Assembly (NCBI GenBank): GCA_043228905.1
Contig: JBHGNT010000018.1
Span: forward strand, 5,704,001-5,768,000
Direction: 5' to 3'
DNA from: Azolla caroliniana
Lineage: Eukaryota > Plantae > Polypodiophyta
Length of the DNA stretch: 64,000 nt
A program made the position numbers and the translations under genes. Of the stretch, positions 59,889-64,000 are shown one piece after another. The first letter of the stretch is position 1; every line of letters begins with the position of its first letter. The notes below the pieces were generated by a model. The model worked only from the letters and a program-made list of their open reading frames with translations, made no database searches and was not told the DNA's origin.

Positions 59889-62610
59889 TTTTTTCCCCTT
59901 CTCTTTGTGCGTGAACCGTCTCCTCAGTTCTTTGCGTGGGAAGAGCACGGCAAAGTCACCACTACTCACCAGTTCCTCATCTGACTGGTCATCCTGACTC
60001 AGCCGCTCATTCGGTCCACTTAACCGTAATGAGATCGGACTCTCTTCTAGAGTGCCGAGGTCTTCATCTTCTATCTGGACCGGTTCAGGCTCACCTCCGG
60101 TGTCGGGTCGGGGTCGGAAGTCGGAGCCAGTAAGGCATACCATAACGCCGTCTCATCAAACTCAACATCCCGGCTAACTCGAACCTGCTTCGTCAAGGGG
60201 TTATAATACTTATACCCCTTTTACTCATTCGAGTAACCAACCAGGATGCATTTCTCCGACTTTGCATCCAACTTCCTCTGCTTCTCATCCAGCACATGCA
60301 CATATGCAATGCTACCGAATATCCGAAGGTGTCACAAATTCGGTTTGCGCCCGAAATATAGCTCATGTGAGGACACCTTGTCGCCAATTCAGTTTTGGAT
60401 ATAGATGGCCGTCCGGACCACCTCCGCCCAATAGAAATGGGGCATGCTCTTCTCCTCCAACATGGCCCTTGCCATGTCGACAATCGACCGGTTCATCCTT
60501 TTGGTCACACCATTTTGCTCCGGTGTGTATCTGCAGCTGAACTCTCTCCGAATTCCTTTTTGCTGCAAATAACTATTGAATTGGCCGGAAAAATATTCTT
60601 TTCCGCCATCTGACCGCAGGCACTTGATCTTCCTCTCTGTTTCCCATTCAATCAGGCTTTGCAGGTTCCAGAAACACTCGAAGACTTCGCTGTTCCGCTC
60701 AATGAGATAGATCCATGTGTGTTGGCTATAGTCGTCGATGTAGGAGACAAAATATCGACTCCTGCCAAGACTCACGTTTTGTGCCGGTCCCCATACATCC
60801 GAATGAATAAGGTCGAGCTTGTTACAACTACGGTTTCGTTCAGTGGGGAATGGAAGGCAGTGTTGCTTCCCGAGTTGGCAGGTTTCACATATTTGGGCCT
60901 TCTGGACACTGAACTTCGGCAAACCGAAAACAACTTGTTTCATTTGCAAGTCTTGAAGTCTCCAGTAATTGATGTGGCCAATCCGCTTTTGCTAGAGATC
61001 GATGTCCGATTCAATCTTCTGTCCTTTGGCGAACAAAGCGGTGCCGACGTCATTGGTGTCGAGGATGAACATCCTCCCATCTCTACGCCCTTGCGCAATA
61101 ATCTGGCCCTCTTCCTCGATGAAGCACCCAAGGTGCATAAACCGCACCTACATGCCTTGTTCAACGATCTGACCGAATGACACCAGGTTCTTTGGATCCT
61201 CTCAATCCTTCTGCGTAGTACGAGTATTGTCGGTTCTCTCTGCGCCGGATCCGGATTTGTCCGAAACGGCGCGCTTCTTCCAACACTCTCTTTCTTTGTA
61301 GCCCATTTTCCCACAATACCAGCATTCCGTGTCGGCCTTTGCTTGCCAGCCTCCGGCGCCGCCTTGACTCCCCCTGCTTGTGGAGGGTCCGAAATTGCTG
61401 TCAGCACGTTCTCTATGCCTACGGTCCTGCTCTTGCCGGCCACTACCATTGCAAGCCGACACGCCTCGTCCACCACACCCATAGGGCCGATCCGCCTCTG
61501 TGTACAACATCTGGCTGTCGGTGGGTGCACTTGTTGACGCACCGGCGTGGTTCTCCTCTACAAGGAGCATCGATTGTAGGTCGAAAAATGACGGCGTATT
61601 CTCCCTCGTACATACCGCAGTTCGGAAAGCTCCGAACCTGGACGCTAGCCCACCAAGGCACACTTGCACCATCTCATCCTCCTCGACGTTCACATTGACG
61701 GAGGCGAGTGACTCACAAATTTCCTTGATTCAGGCCGTGTAATCGGCCACAGATAGATTTTTCTGTCGGACATTGCTGATCTCCTGCCTGAGCTATAGCT
61801 TCCTGGCCGTTGTGCTTGCGGCGAAAACCTTCTTCAGGTTTACCCAAGCTTCTTTTGGTGTCTTGGCATCTCGGCTATGGCTTAGCAGCCAGTCTCCAAC
61901 ACTGGACGCGAAGAGTACATCACTCTGCTTGCCGCTTGTTCCCACACTGGGAAGTCCTTGTGTGCCGCATCAGGTGCTGTGTTGTTAGCTCCGTCAACAT
62001 AGCTCCATTACCCATGCCCAAGCAGGGACTGGTGCATCTTGTATGACCAACATGCGTAGTTGGATCTATCGAGCTTCTCCATCGGGAGTGAGCTAGCCAT
62101 TCATCTGCCCATTACTTCTCTTTCTGTTCTTACCGGGTTGGTTTTCCTTTCAAGCTATGTCGGCTGCAGAGGTTCTCAACCCTCGCGCTCTGATACCATG
62201 TAAAAGAGTACGTTGTGCGGAAGCAATAGAAAACCAGAAACAGAAACATAGGTTTAATGGAGAGCTTAGAATATACACATTACACGGGAGAGATAGAGAG
62301 AGCACATAGAAACTCAATTCAAAATATTACTCAATCTGTACATCGTATGTGTTCAGTGAACACTTTTATACAAGTCCATACGGACTGACAGAAGTACAGT
62401 GTACTTCAATGCTCACACGAGCGTCAGACACTAACTATGAGACATTAACTACCTAGTAGCCTAGGATGTTACTAAGCTTCCGGTTACTGTTGGATCCGGC
62501 TAACCAGCTCCCGAGCTCATCGGCTCACCGATCTGGCTCATCCTTCCGGATGCCGATCCGTCTCAGGCTTATTTAGCCGATCCGGATCCGGTTGAGCCTG
62601 CCGCTCAACA

Positions 62611-63790
62611 AGTATGAAAGCCCACAACTTCTGACTATAGTCGTCGATGAAAGTCACAAAGTACTATCCGCCTCAATGTGCGCGATGGAGCATCTACATA
62701 ATACACATTCGTGTGTACTAGTTCCAGTGCAACTTCTCTTTTTCTTGGTGGCCGTGTGTGGAATGTTGCTCTGTTTTGCTTTCCGACTAATCAGTTGACA
62801 CACTTCTCTAGGTGCACCCCCTTTACTTCTGGTAGAAGCTTCTGGTCGGCTAACAGATGCAATCCCTTCTCACTCATGTGGCCTAGCCTCTTATGCCATA
62901 TCTGTCCTGCCAAGTCAGCTGCCACATTCACTTCCGACTTGCTCAGTCGGGCTTGCATCATATACAATGTGCCTTCCTTCTATGCTCGGGCCACTATAAG
63001 ATTTCCTTGGCAAAACTTCCACTTGCCATTCCGAAAACTACCATTATAGCCTTCGTCACCCAATCTTCCAGTCGATATCAGATTCAATCTGATATCGGGG
63101 ACGTGTCGAACATCCTTTAGAGTTAGTCAATGTCGGTAGGTAGACACTTCCCATTCATCAATCCACAAGAAAAGAAATATTTTGAAATACACAATTAGGT
63201 AACACGAGAAAACAATGTGCTCAAATTTGACGTGGAAACCCTAAAACGTGAAAAAAAACCCCATAGAGAACGGAGCTTCACTATATAGTTGATATACAAC
63301 AACGAGATCAGATTACAAAACTCTCTACACAGAGTGTAAACAACCTCGCAGGCCTCTTGGCGTATGCTATTACAGAACACAACTATGGCACCGCTCACTT
63401 CTCTATCGCTCGCTACAATAGAGAATCACAAATTGTTCTCACAACCATAACTATAATGTTTTTCCTAGGTGTATTTATACTAATACATAGTATTTTCTAT
63501 TTATAGATGCAGCCCCTACTATACATCACTACTATTATTATCTATAATAATAATAAGTAGCAATCAGTCAACTCTAGGATCAATTGTCCAGTCGGTCCGA
63601 CTAGTCGGCTTGGTCATCGACCATCTGGTCGGCCCGACTAGTCGGTTGCGTCTTCGACCTGGATCGCCTTTCTATTGACTCACCCAGTCAACTCTCACAA
63701 TCGACTCTTCAACCATCGGTTCTTGGCCCAAACAATCGGCTCCTCCCACTAGAGGGACATATTCCTAACAGTTCTTTCCTTGGTTGTAAG
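62611..63790 (-). mobile_element. Old Tork-like Copia remnant I/J: partial LTR (about 63150-63790) fused to a pre-integrase/integrase fragment (62611 to about 63148)
   Basis: LKDVRHVPDIRLNLIS, WHKRLGHMSEKG and FVTFIDDYS on the minus strand; LTR start TGTTAGGAATATGTCCCTC resembles the G/L LTR start. Confidence 0.7.
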
Positions 63791-64000
63791 TCGATAGGGC
63801 AATCGTATGGCCAATGCTCCGGCAATGTATTGGCCTTCACCTTATCAAAGACGTCAGAGAACTCTTTGTATTTGTTTGGTAATTTAATGTTTGCTTCATG
63901 TAAGGTGGATGATGGAGTTGCTACTATTTTGAATACGAACATGTTGTCGTTCACCCCTTCCTCACATACAACCGACGTAGAGAGATGGTCGATAACTTAG
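63791..64000 (-). mobile_element. Ty3/Gypsy (chromovirus-like) pol fragment K, protease-RT linker; runs off the window
   Basis: LPNKYKEFSDVFDKVKANTLPEHWPYDCPIDLQP is the typical pre-RT motif of Tf1/Tcn1-type Gypsy elements. Confidence 0.78.

Larger units (their letters stand above)
50311..62610 (-). mobile_element. Copia H (D/F lineage): 5' LTR 62199-62610, PBS 62187-62198, gag-INT-RT-RH remnants; protease region deleted, 3' LTR lost; split by L
   Basis: gag [49 protein letters not shown]; the frame KEKGKK|KMSEY is restored when L is removed. Confidence 0.88.

Noticed and set aside
41340-62610. Single DIRS-like element with inverted LTRs
   Set aside because: The two LTRs are related but distinct, each has its own PBS and gag, and there is no tyrosine recombinase; a deletion junction explains the layout.

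Overview
Eukaryotic land-plant nuclear DNA. The TE repertoire (RTE-X-like LINE, Tcn1/Ty3-type chromovirus fragment, TE-filled giant intron) suggests a non-seed plant such as a fern, which is inference only. There are two intact-looking spliced host genes, both on the minus strand: a JASON-like gene (8 exons, 497-3522, about 702 aa) and a phosphoinositide-specific phospholipase C (8 exons, 8703-34529, about 581 aa). PLC intron 6 (9329-31723, 22.4 kb) holds a nest that resolves by TSDs: Copia A contains Copia B, which contains Copia C; a full-length LINE sits in the (CT)n tract of B's 5' LTR and tRNA-derived SINE-like units sit in the (GA)n tract of A's 5' LTR. Upstream of PLC are a satellite-like array, a hAT MITE, an L1 3' fragment and a Mutator-type foldback MITE. 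A second nest (41340-64000) has about nine LTR elements or fragments (D>E>F>G and K>J/I>H>L>M) joined by a deletion at an AACCGGTT palindrome. I cannot demonstrate a new biological system. The best leads are: (i) non-LTR elements using LTR microsatellites as landing sites; (ii) a LINE whose ORF1 and ORF2 are in frame across a TGA-CGG read-through-type stop and whose ORF2 has an extra C-terminal tail; (iii) a Copia lineage with two PPT-like tracts flanking a charged extension of pol; (iv) a sense LTR 52 bp upstream of the PLC C2-domain exons. All coordinates were derived by eye and no database searches were run.
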